Shown here: positions 39,194 through 47,431 of the stretch, in pieces
Position numbering within the stretch: the first letter of the stretch is position 1
How the letters are laid out: every line of letters starts with the position of its first letter
Assembly: GCA_030433355.1 (NCBI GenBank)
Contig: JAUIMG010000004.1
Span: 76,260-140,259 of the forward strand
Reading direction: 5' to 3'
Source of the DNA: Bacteroidia bacterium
GTDB lineage: Bacteria; Bacteroidota; Bacteroidia; Flavobacteriales_E; Vicingaceae
DNA: 64,000 bases
Notes under the pieces: generated by a model
What the model was told of the DNA's origin: nothing
The model's input: only the letters and a program-made list of their open reading frames with translations
The model's database searches: none
Made by a program: the position numbers and the translations under genes

Positions 39194-40003
39194 CTATGCT
39201 TTTAATGGCTCATTATTTTCATCTAATTGAGAAGTTTTCTTTGAATATTTATCTATTTGAATCAGATAATTAAACAAGAAACCAGGAATATATGGATGTT
39301 TATAACCACATGCTTTGCATATTTTATCGTCATTAACCTTTTCATTCTTTTTTAAGAAATCAGAGAATGCGGGATAAATTTTAGTGGATTGCATTAGAGC
39401 CAACCTTTTTGAAAAGAAAAATTTTTGGTCAGAAGTTAAAGTTGAATCTTCAATTGTTTCATATAAATTTATCCAATCTCCAAGTATTCCAAATATTTGA
39501 TAAAAGTGAACAGCTTTAGGATACCTCTCGGTATCGTGAGACTCTGCGTTATATCCTCCAGAAACGGTAGAATTTTGAACCGATTGGAAAATCCCTTCCA
39601 CCCCTAAATAATTTATATTATTTTTCTGAAAGTTAAATGAACTAATATCAATAGATAGTTGATTATATAAAGATTGTATGTTATTACGATCAATATCTTC
39701 CCTTCTTTCATCTCTCTCTCTATCTATTTGTCTCTGAATCTCTTTGTTTGCATTAACTTGTGCTAGAAAGGCAAAATAAACTAGAATAGAGCCAATTAAA
39801 CTTGTTATCGGCGCTGTTATTCCACCTATTGTATCTCCAATTTCATTTGGAGAACCAAAAGATAAGAAACCCACATCTTGTGTGAATAAATAAGGTGCAA
39901 TTATAACGAATAGGATTCCTAGAATTAATAAAAATAATGCACGTTTTGTGAAACTTATTTTAATCTCTTTTTTATCTTCCTTTTTATCTTCCTTTGGTTC
40001 CAT
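39194..40003 (-). CDS. Two-TM membrane protein, putative AbiC-like abortive-infection protein
   Basis: 269 aa. TM1 is ALFLLILGILFVIIAPYLF. The GDTIGGITAPITSLIGSILVYFAFLAQ segment resembles the Pfam putAbiC signature as I recall it. The C-terminal domain contains KICKACGYKHPY. Confidence 0.45.
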   Translation of the reverse strand: MEPKEDKKEDKKEIKISFTKRALFLLILGILFVIIAPYLFTQDVGFLSFGSPNEIGDTIGGITAPITSLIGSILVYFAFLAQVNANKEIQRQIDRERDERREDIDRNNIQSLYNQLSIDISSFNFQKNNINYLGVEGIFQSVQNSTVSGGYNAESHDTERYPKAVHFYQIFGILGDWINLYETIEDSTLTSDQKFFFSKRLALMQSTKIYPAFSDFLKKNEKVNDDKICKACGYKHPYIPGFLFNYLIQIDKYSKKTSQLDENNEPLKA

Positions 40004-40014
40004 AATACTACTTC

Positions 40015-41397
40015 CTATTTATACTCCCCCTCCCCCTCAGCAGCTACTCCCAACTCAACCTCCTCCATCTTATCATAAGCACCTTTTACCGAGACCTGAC
40101 CATTCATCAACATCGGCAACAACCAATCGCGAAGAGTGGAAAGTTGTTGGTTTTGAATTGAGTTTGATAGAATATTTTCTATTGTGGGTTTGAGAAGGGT
40201 TGAGAATTTTTTCAGAATTTCATTTTTTGGTTTTATAACTACAATTGAAGAAAAATCTCCTTTATTCATATTCGCGAATGTATTTCCTGTTTTAGCTTTT
40301 GCAAATTTGAAGTAGTCTTTGAGGTAGAAATACAAGAAATATTCATTTTCCTTATTCTCACAAACAACAGTGTTTAGTTGTTGGTTGGTTTGTGAATTTT
40401 CTGTTGCAAAAGCAACAAGCCCAGGAGAGGCTATGCAAGTAACACAGATTGCACCGTTCGGAATAAATTTATTTTTTTGTGTACTTGCTCCTAGTTCAGT
40501 AAGGCTTAATTCTGTTGAAGTTATGTGCATATTTCCTCTAACATCACCAATACAGATAAATGGTATATCACCATTAAAATTTTCATCAACTTTTGTAGAA
40601 GGGGTTTTACCTGTTATAATATTGGATTCTATTTCGCTTAATTCCTTCACCTCCCAACCCTCAGGTATCTCTCTCTTCAATTCTTCATTATAAACCATTT
40701 TGCCGCCAGAGGATTTGTAGGGCTTGCCAATCGAAGCCTTGGCGGAGTTTGGCTTGTTTTCGTCAGGAAACCCATCCTTCGCTGAAGCTTCGGATGGGAA
40801 CTCAAACTGCACAAACCAATAATCATAAATCAGTTTGGCCATACCTTCTAACTCCGCATTGATTTTGTTGTTCAGCTCTATTTTTTTGTTAATTGCATAA
40901 AGAAAATCTCCTATTTTCTTTTGTTCATCATAAGGAGGTAGGATTAAATCTAAATAGGAAAAAATTTGCTCATTAAGACTCGCTCGCAAAGTCATGATAG
41001 CATTGTTATTCATGGTTTTTCTAAAAAGATCACTCCTTAAGTAGAAAGCCATGAATTTATGATATGTAATATCCTTCTGAGTTGGTCTAAGTCTTTTTAG
41101 GAATCCACTATAAGAGGCCACTTCATAATTCCTAACGGCAACAGAGCTCATTCCTAATTCGTCGAGTGTTTCACTTGTTCTCGTCAAAAAAATATCACCT
41201 TCCAAAATAGAATACTTGCATTTTTCAACCTCAGAAATATCCATTAAATCAGGTAAATCCTCTGGCAAAAAGTGATCTTTAAATACTGTGCTAAAAGATA
41301 AAAATGGAGAACCATGTCCTGCTTGTTCAGGTTTGGATGAAATCCCTGAACTCATTTCATACAAATCAGAAAACTTATAAGTCACAAGTTTATACAT
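40015..41397 (-). CDS. hsdS: Type I restriction-modification specificity subunit
   Basis: Two target-recognition domains separated by conserved helices (LPPYDEQKKIGDFL, KLIYDYWFVQFEFP, LRDWLLPMLMNGQV). Confidence 0.9.
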   Translation of the reverse strand: MYKLVTYKFSDLYEMSSGISSKPEQAGHGSPFLSFSTVFKDHFLPEDLPDLMDISEVEKCKYSILEGDIFLTRTSETLDELGMSSVAVRNYEVASYSGFLKRLRPTQKDITYHKFMAFYLRSDLFRKTMNNNAIMTLRASLNEQIFSYLDLILPPYDEQKKIGDFLYAINKKIELNNKINAELEGMAKLIYDYWFVQFEFPSEASAKDGFPDENKPNSAKASIGKPYKSSGGKMVYNEELKREIPEGWEVKELSEIESNIITGKTPSTKVDENFNGDIPFICIGDVRGNMHITSTELSLTELGASTQKNKFIPNGAICVTCIASPGLVAFATENSQTNQQLNTVVCENKENEYFLYFYLKDYFKFAKAKTGNTFANMNKGDFSSIVVIKPKNEILKKFSTLLKPTIENILSNSIQNQQLSTLRDWLLPMLMNGQVSVKGAYDKMEEVELGVAAEGEGEYK

Positions 41398-43015
41398 GCT
41401 TCAATCCCTCCAAATTCTTTTCAATCTCTGTCTCTAACTTTTTCCCTTCCGCAAACAACTCACATAAATTGCTTTTAAAGCCGTTTAGCTTTAATTCAAA
41501 TTCTTCTGGTGTAATTTCGATGTATTCAATTTTTACTTCAAAGTATTGCCCTGCACTTAAGCTGAAGTTTTTGGCTTTTATGTCTTCGTAAGAAACCACT
41601 ACCGAAAAGTCATCTTCGGCTCTTTTGGCATTAAACACCTCAATAATGCGGTCTTCTTCCGCCGCAGCAAGCAGGGTCTTTTGGTTTTTACCATCTTTTA
41701 CTTTGCTGCCCAAATTAGAGGCATCTACCAATACCACATCGCCTTTGTTGGCTTTGTCTAAAAATAAAATAGAAACGTTGGTACCTGTGGTGGCAAAAAT
41801 ATTAGAGGGCATGCTTACCACTCCGGCCAACATTTTATCTTTTACCAACTTTTCGCGTATTTTCTTGTCAATACCGCTTTGGGCCGTAATAAAACCCGTA
41901 GGCACCACTATGGCAGCTTTGCCATTGGGTTTTAAAGAAGCCATAATGTGTTGAATAAACAACAAATAAATGGCCATGCTGTCTTTTTTACTTTTAGGCA
42001 CATTGGGCACGCCGGCAAAAAAACGTTCTTGGTTTTGTTTGTTGTCCAAATCATCGCGGTAATCCGAAAAATCTAATTTAAAGGGTGGGTTAGAAACCAC
42101 ATAGTTGAATTTGGCCAAACTGCCGTCTTTTTCTTTATGATAGGGCGAGAGTATGGTATTGCCCTTTACCACATTCGGCAGGGAATGCACCAAATCGTTT
42201 AAAATTAAATTCAAACGCAAAAGAGAAGAAGACTTTTGAGAAATATCTTGAGTGTAAATGGTGCATTGGTCTTCGCCAATTTGGTGCGCCAAATTCATAA
42301 GCAAAGTACCAGAGCCAGCAGAAGGATCGTAACAGGTTACATTTTTCACTTCTTTATCTACTAGGCAACGCGCCATAATTTTAGAAACAGCATGTGGGGT
42401 AAAGTATTCCGCATATTTTCCACCACTATCTGAATTGTAATCTTTAATCAGGTATTCAAAAATGGCAGAATAAAAATCAAACTTTTCTTCGAAAATATGC
42501 TCAAAGCTAAAATCTACCAATTTGTTAATGATGGCTTTGCAAAAGGCATCTTTATCGTCTACAATGTACCTACTCAATTCATCAAAAAGAGTCAGCTTTT
42601 CTCCTGTGTAGGTCATTACGGAGAATAAATCGCTGTTTACTTTGGCAATATCCAATAAGGTGGCATCAAAGATTTGAGAAAAGTTCTTTTCGTTTTGCCG
42701 CGCAAACAAATTGCTTATAAAATGATCTCGTTGAATTACAGCGGTAGATTCACCCAATTGAGCGACTAGCATTTCAAATTCATCATCGCTATAGCCATCA
42801 ATGGTTTCTTGCCATTTATCTCCTGCAGCCTTTAGTTTAGCATCTATTTCCTTGGTATTGTGTATGAATTTATCATTTAATAGTTTGTACAAGAAAACCT
42901 GCGTAATCACTTTAAATTCATTGCCATCATTACCTAAACCATAGGTAGCACAAACACTTTTTAACTCATCAATGAGTGCTCTTGTTTTCTGCTCAAAATC
43001 TTTCGTTCTATCCAT
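41390..43015 (-). CDS. hsdM: Type I restriction-modification DNA methyltransferase subunit
   Basis: SAM motif DPSAGSGTLL and catalytic motif VVSNPPFK. 8-nt overlap with hsdS. Confidence 0.9.
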   Translation of the reverse strand: MDRTKDFEQKTRALIDELKSVCATYGLGNDGNEFKVITQVFLYKLLNDKFIHNTKEIDAKLKAAGDKWQETIDGYSDDEFEMLVAQLGESTAVIQRDHFISNLFARQNEKNFSQIFDATLLDIAKVNSDLFSVMTYTGEKLTLFDELSRYIVDDKDAFCKAIINKLVDFSFEHIFEEKFDFYSAIFEYLIKDYNSDSGGKYAEYFTPHAVSKIMARCLVDKEVKNVTCYDPSAGSGTLLMNLAHQIGEDQCTIYTQDISQKSSSLLRLNLILNDLVHSLPNVVKGNTILSPYHKEKDGSLAKFNYVVSNPPFKLDFSDYRDDLDNKQNQERFFAGVPNVPKSKKDSMAIYLLFIQHIMASLKPNGKAAIVVPTGFITAQSGIDKKIREKLVKDKMLAGVVSMPSNIFATTGTNVSILFLDKANKGDVVLVDASNLGSKVKDGKNQKTLLAAAEEDRIIEVFNAKRAEDDFSVVVSYEDIKAKNFSLSAGQYFEVKIEYIEITPEEFELKLNGFKSNLCELFAEGKKLETEIEKNLEGLKHV

Positions 43016-43033
43016 TGTTATCTTCTGCTTTGT

Positions 43034-46000
43034 TTAGGCAATGTTGCCATAGTATTCATTCAAATATTCTTTTACCAATAATTGGTTGATGCGCTTGTAT
43101 TCGGGCATGCCCAATTGCATTTCACCCTTAAATTGTTGAATCACTAATCGCATCATCATTTTTTCTACGTAATTCTCATTGTCCAATTGGTGGGTGTTTT
43201 TTTCTATCTCTTCATCCACTCCTTCTTTCAACTGCATCAATACTTCCGCTAGTTTTCTGTCTTTATCGGTAATGGGGTCTTTTTCCATCAGGCGTTTATG
43301 CAAGCGAGCATATTTTTCGTCTTTGCTGTACTTTTCTTTTAGCAATTGGTTTTTTCGTTCCAACTCTTTGGCTTGGTTATAAATCACTTCCAGCTCTTCT
43401 ATGTTCTCGCTCATTTCATCCTTGCTTACTTCGCTCAGATTTTTTTTCTTAAACAGCCGTTCTAGTTCTTCTCTTAAGGAAATCAATTCTGGATCTCTTG
43501 GATCAAAGTTTCCTCCCAAGGCTTCTCTTGTTTTTTGTAGCATGTTTTTCAACTGGTCGGCCAATACCATTTCTTCTTCTCTCACTTTCGTGAAAGCGAA
43601 AAGAATGTCTTCTAAAGCGATATTGAGTAAATTTTGATTTTCTATATCGTTTTCTAAAGCTTCTCTAGTATTAATTAAAGCCAAGCGGTTATTGGCCTCT
43701 CTTGAAAGCACGCCTAATTTCTGAAAGTCTAATTTCTCTAAAAGGTCATAGTGTCCAAGCGTTCTAATCAAGTTGTATAAACTTCTCGCATCATTCAAGG
43801 CCTTGGTCACCTTCAGCATTTCTTTACGGTCGTTTATTTGAGATACTTGCTGTTGAAATACTTCCGCATTTTTGGTGTTGTAATCAAACAATACATCCTC
43901 AATGTTTTCTATTTCTTGCTTTATTTCTTCGGGGCTTTTAAATAGATCGGTGTAGTATTCCATTTCATCACCCAATTGATCTTGCAGTTCGGCAAAATAA
44001 TCGCGGTTGGTTTTGTCAAACTCACTTTGTATGTCGGCAAAGTCAACCACATAACCGTAGCGGTGATTTTTATAAGTTCGGTTAACTCGAGTTAAGGCCT
44101 GCAGTAAATTATGAGCTTTAATTACTCTAGTGATGTAGAGTTTTTTCAATCGTTTGGCATCAAATCCAGTGAGCAGCATGTTAAAAACAAAAAGGAAATC
44201 AATTTTCCCCTCTTTAAAATCTTCCACCAATTCTTTGCGGTCGTCTTTAGAGCCTACATCATGCAAAATAACTTGAGCTGTTTTTACTTTTCTAGCTTCG
44301 TTTTGCTGCTTTCCATAGCTTTCATTATTCTCAGCAGCCATCGCCAGTTCAGGTTCAGCTTGGGCATATTTTTCATTAAAAATTTGCTGCATCTCTTTCG
44401 CTTGGTCGGAAGAGTCGCAAATTACCATTCCGCCAACGGTATCATCTCCACTAGAGAGTCTAAACTTTTCTAAATCATTAATAACATACTCTAAAAGTGG
44501 TTCCACAAATTTGGGATGTGCATACACCTTCTTTTTATTGCCCGAGCCTCTAATCAATTTGATTTCATCTAAGGCTTCTTTCAACTTTAGCTTGTAAGAA
44601 GTTTCGATTTCTTCTCTGATCAAACGCAGGGTGTAGCCATCCTTAATGGATTTGTTGTAGTAGTATTTATGAATGTATTCTCCGAATAAATCTCTGGAGT
44701 TGTATTCATTCCCCAAAAGTGGAGTACCTGTTAATCCGATTTTAATGGCATTCGAATCTGACTCTTTTAAGTTCGCTAAAAAACTTCCTTTGGGATTGTA
44801 ACTGCGATGCACCTCATCTAAAAAATAGACGCGTTGAATATCTAAGTTGTAATCCGTGTTTTTTACAACCTCAGGGTCATCTTTAAATTTCTGAATGTTT
44901 ACAACCGTAATTTCTGCTTTCCCACTATCGTTATGAATAACAGCAGTAGACTTAATTTCTCGAGCAAATTCTTCTTTTGAATTTACATTATGTACCAATA
45001 AACCACGGCTTCTAAACTCAATACTTGCTTGTATCAACAAATCCAAACGGTCTACAATGAAATAGAACTTTGGGATGATGTTTTTAGATTGATAGTAATC
45101 GGTGAGGTATTTTACATTGTAATAAGCTAGGGCAGTTTTACCGCTTCCTTGCGTATGCCAAATGATGCCTTTTTTGATGCCTTCTTCCAACTTCTGCTCA
45201 ATGGCTTTGGTTGCAAATAACTGAGGATAGCGCATGATGTGCTTTTCCAAATGATTTACTCCTTGCACATAAGCAATGGCATATTGCAGAATAAAAGCCA
45301 AGCGATCTTTTTGAAAAAGCGAAGTGCAAATTCTATTCGTTGGTGTATTCCAAGCGGTATTTACTGCATACTCTTCCGCATTTCGAATGCTAACTAAATT
45401 ATTATCCTTTAAAACTCTGAGCTCTTCCCCCTCATCTAAAGCCGAAAGAATTTCATCTTCGGTAAACTCAACTTCCTCTCTAAAGTAATTGAAAGCATGT
45501 TGGCCATAAGAAGGAGCTGCATAAAATGCACCTTGCAAAGGCTCGGGGTCGCTATCGTCATATTCCATGTTGTTGGAAAAAACCATCAGCTGTGTAATAT
45601 TCACGAAGTTTCTAAACTTCTTGTTTTGAAAACGACTTAAAATTCGCTTGCGCTCTGCTTGCACACCATCGAGGTTGTTTGGCTTTTTCACTTCAATAAA
45701 AGCCAAAGGCATTCCATTAATTAGAAGAATAATATCAGGTCGAAAATTATCGTCATCCTTTTGATAGGGCAGTTCAGTAACTACATGAAAAGCATTGTTT
45801 TCAAAGTTGTCAAAGTCAATCAACCGATTGCCTGAACGATTGGTCAGTTTTTGATAGAAAACTTTTCCTAAATCTTCATTTTCCAGACATAGGGAAATTT
45901 CATCATACAATCGACGAACTTCTTGCTTATTTAAATCTGGGTTAAGCTTTTGAATTTGAGCATTGAAAATATCAACGAATATATTGGTGTTGCTGTCCCA

Positions 46001-46093
46001 TTGGGCATCTTTCAGTGAAAGGTATTCAAAACCTAACCGCATTAGATGCAGTATAGTTGGGATTTTTACGCGAGAGTCTTCGTTGAATTTCAT
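43034..46093 (-). CDS. hsdR: Type I restriction enzyme endonuclease/helicase subunit
   Basis: 1019 aa with helicase motif I HTQGSGKT and motif II FLDEVHRS, plus an N-terminal nuclease region. Confidence 0.9.
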   Translation of the reverse strand: MKFNEDSRVKIPTILHLMRLGFEYLSLKDAQWDSNTNIFVDIFNAQIQKLNPDLNKQEVRRLYDEISLCLENEDLGKVFYQKLTNRSGNRLIDFDNFENNAFHVVTELPYQKDDDNFRPDIILLINGMPLAFIEVKKPNNLDGVQAERKRILSRFQNKKFRNFVNITQLMVFSNNMEYDDSDPEPLQGAFYAAPSYGQHAFNYFREEVEFTEDEILSALDEGEELRVLKDNNLVSIRNAEEYAVNTAWNTPTNRICTSLFQKDRLAFILQYAIAYVQGVNHLEKHIMRYPQLFATKAIEQKLEEGIKKGIIWHTQGSGKTALAYYNVKYLTDYYQSKNIIPKFYFIVDRLDLLIQASIEFRSRGLLVHNVNSKEEFAREIKSTAVIHNDSGKAEITVVNIQKFKDDPEVVKNTDYNLDIQRVYFLDEVHRSYNPKGSFLANLKESDSNAIKIGLTGTPLLGNEYNSRDLFGEYIHKYYYNKSIKDGYTLRLIREEIETSYKLKLKEALDEIKLIRGSGNKKKVYAHPKFVEPLLEYVINDLEKFRLSSGDDTVGGMVICDSSDQAKEMQQIFNEKYAQAEPELAMAAENNESYGKQQNEARKVKTAQVILHDVGSKDDRKELVEDFKEGKIDFLFVFNMLLTGFDAKRLKKLYITRVIKAHNLLQALTRVNRTYKNHRYGYVVDFADIQSEFDKTNRDYFAELQDQLGDEMEYYTDLFKSPEEIKQEIENIEDVLFDYNTKNAEVFQQQVSQINDRKEMLKVTKALNDARSLYNLIRTLGHYDLLEKLDFQKLGVLSREANNRLALINTREALENDIENQNLLNIALEDILFAFTKVREEEMVLADQLKNMLQKTREALGGNFDPRDPELISLREELERLFKKKNLSEVSKDEMSENIEELEVIYNQAKELERKNQLLKEKYSKDEKYARLHKRLMEKDPITDKDRKLAEVLMQLKEGVDEEIEKNTHQLDNENYVEKMMMRLVIQQFKGEMQLGMPEYKRINQLLVKEYLNEYYGNIA

Positions 46094-46159
46094 AAAATTC
46101 TAGATTACTGCTAAAATAAGCACAGATAGGCAGAAAGGAAATACTTAGTTTTAGGTATT

Positions 46160-47209
46160 TTACGCAAGCGCTTCTTCTCCGTAGTTGATCAGTTTATCTA
46201 CAATGCTGTCTAATTGTTGGTCTACCTCGCTTTTGGAAACATAACTCAAGCCATCTTCTTTCAGTTTCAAGAGGTTCTCTTTAGAAGCATTGTCCATTTC
46301 GGCATCTGCGGTGAGCACTTCTGGTTCTAAGCGGTAGTAATCTGCTTTGTTGGCCGCACTAAGGGTATCAAAGATTTGCCGTAAATGGTAATGCACCGTT
46401 TGAGAACTGGCAGACATCATAATTTCTATGATGGGTTTGATCCAACCCACGGCGCCCCAATCTTTGGCTTTTTGGTAGTTGTATTGTTTGCTTTTGCTGC
46501 CAGTGCCAATAGAAACAATAAGCATGTCTTTGGCGGTTGGAAACTCACAAATGCCAGGGAATTTCATGGTCCGCACGGCAGAATAAGCCACCAAAGTGGG
46601 GTTGTTGACAAACACCCCACCATCAATTAGTGGGAATTCAGAACCCAATTCACTTTTTACCAAAGCGGTTTCAAAATAGGTGGGGGCGGCAGAAGTGGCT
46701 CTGGCTACTTCTTTTACCTTAAAGTTATAAATGGCATTATGGGCTTTGTGTTGTTTAAAAAAATGGGGTTTCCCATTTTTAATGTCGTAAGAACTAATGA
46801 TGCAGGGTTTGATTAGATCGGCCAACATCGTATCGCCAAAGGTTTCGGCCAAGGCTTTTTCTATGGCTGCGGCATCGTATTTTTCGTCCAATACGCAATT
46901 GCCGCTTCTTATTCTTTGTCGCAGAGTGGTGTCAAAAATGGCATCTCCTTTTTCCAAATAAAGCTTTACGGCTTCTTCAGCGGTAAGTAGAGGTCGGCCA
47001 TCGGCATTGGGCATCAAATAAGAAAGGCTTAAGATACCACCGGTGCTGGTGCCGGCCATAAAATCAAAATAATCGGCTAGGCGCTTATTGGGATTTTGGG
47101 TTTTTTCTTGGATCTTCTTTTCGATTTGCATCAGCGTAATTCCGGGCAGTATGCCTCTAATGCCACCACCATCAATGGAGAGGATTCTTACTTTTTTCTT
47201 GGGTTTCAT
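46160..47209 (-). CDS. Patatin-like phospholipase
   Basis: Oxyanion loop DGGGIRG, nucleophile motif GTSTGG (GxSxG), and catalytic Asp motif DGGVFVNNP. Confidence 0.85.
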   Translation of the reverse strand: MKPKKKVRILSIDGGGIRGILPGITLMQIEKKIQEKTQNPNKRLADYFDFMAGTSTGGILSLSYLMPNADGRPLLTAEEAVKLYLEKGDAIFDTTLRQRIRSGNCVLDEKYDAAAIEKALAETFGDTMLADLIKPCIISSYDIKNGKPHFFKQHKAHNAIYNFKVKEVARATSAAPTYFETALVKSELGSEFPLIDGGVFVNNPTLVAYSAVRTMKFPGICEFPTAKDMLIVSIGTGSKSKQYNYQKAKDWGAVGWIKPIIEIMMSASSQTVHYHLRQIFDTLSAANKADYYRLEPEVLTADAEMDNASKENLLKLKEDGLSYVSKSEVDQQLDSIVDKLINYGEEALA

Positions 47210-47287
47210 TTTTTAGCCTTTAGGGGTAAAAGAATTCCTGCAAGTTAAAACAGAAAAGGGGGGAAGTCAAGGGTAGGGTTCTTAATT

Positions 47288-47415
47288 GTCATTGCGAGTG
47301 GAACAAAGTGAAGCGAAGCAATCTGTTGATTAGATAACTCAATAACCAGATTGCTTCATTCGTACCTCATTCGCAATGACGTAATGGATAGATTGCTTCG
47401 TTCTTCGCAATGACA
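47288..47415. repeat. Compound palindromic REP/MITE-like element (GTCATTGCGAG...TCGCAATGAC arms)
   Basis: Arm 47288-47325 pairs with 47347-47380, and a third partial arm lies at 47390-47415. I recall this repeat family as common in intergenic regions of Bacteroidota. Confidence 0.7.
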
Positions 47416-47431
47416 GAATTCATATATTTTT

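Noticed and set aside
39948-40193. Plus-strand 81-aa ORF with a proline/glutamine-rich stretch (PPPPQQLLPTQPPPSY) across the junction between hsdS and the AbiC-like gene.
   Set aside because: It is antisense to the 3' end of hsdS (whose C-terminus EEVELGVAAEGEGEYK creates the P/L-rich mirror) and to the start of the 269-aa gene. It has no independent support.
46160-47209. Calling the patatin gene a CBASS (CapV) effector.
   Set aside because: No CD-NTase or cyclase, no E1/E2/JAB gene, and no other CBASS ancillary gene occurs anywhere in the window. The catalytic motifs alone do not distinguish CapV from other patatins.
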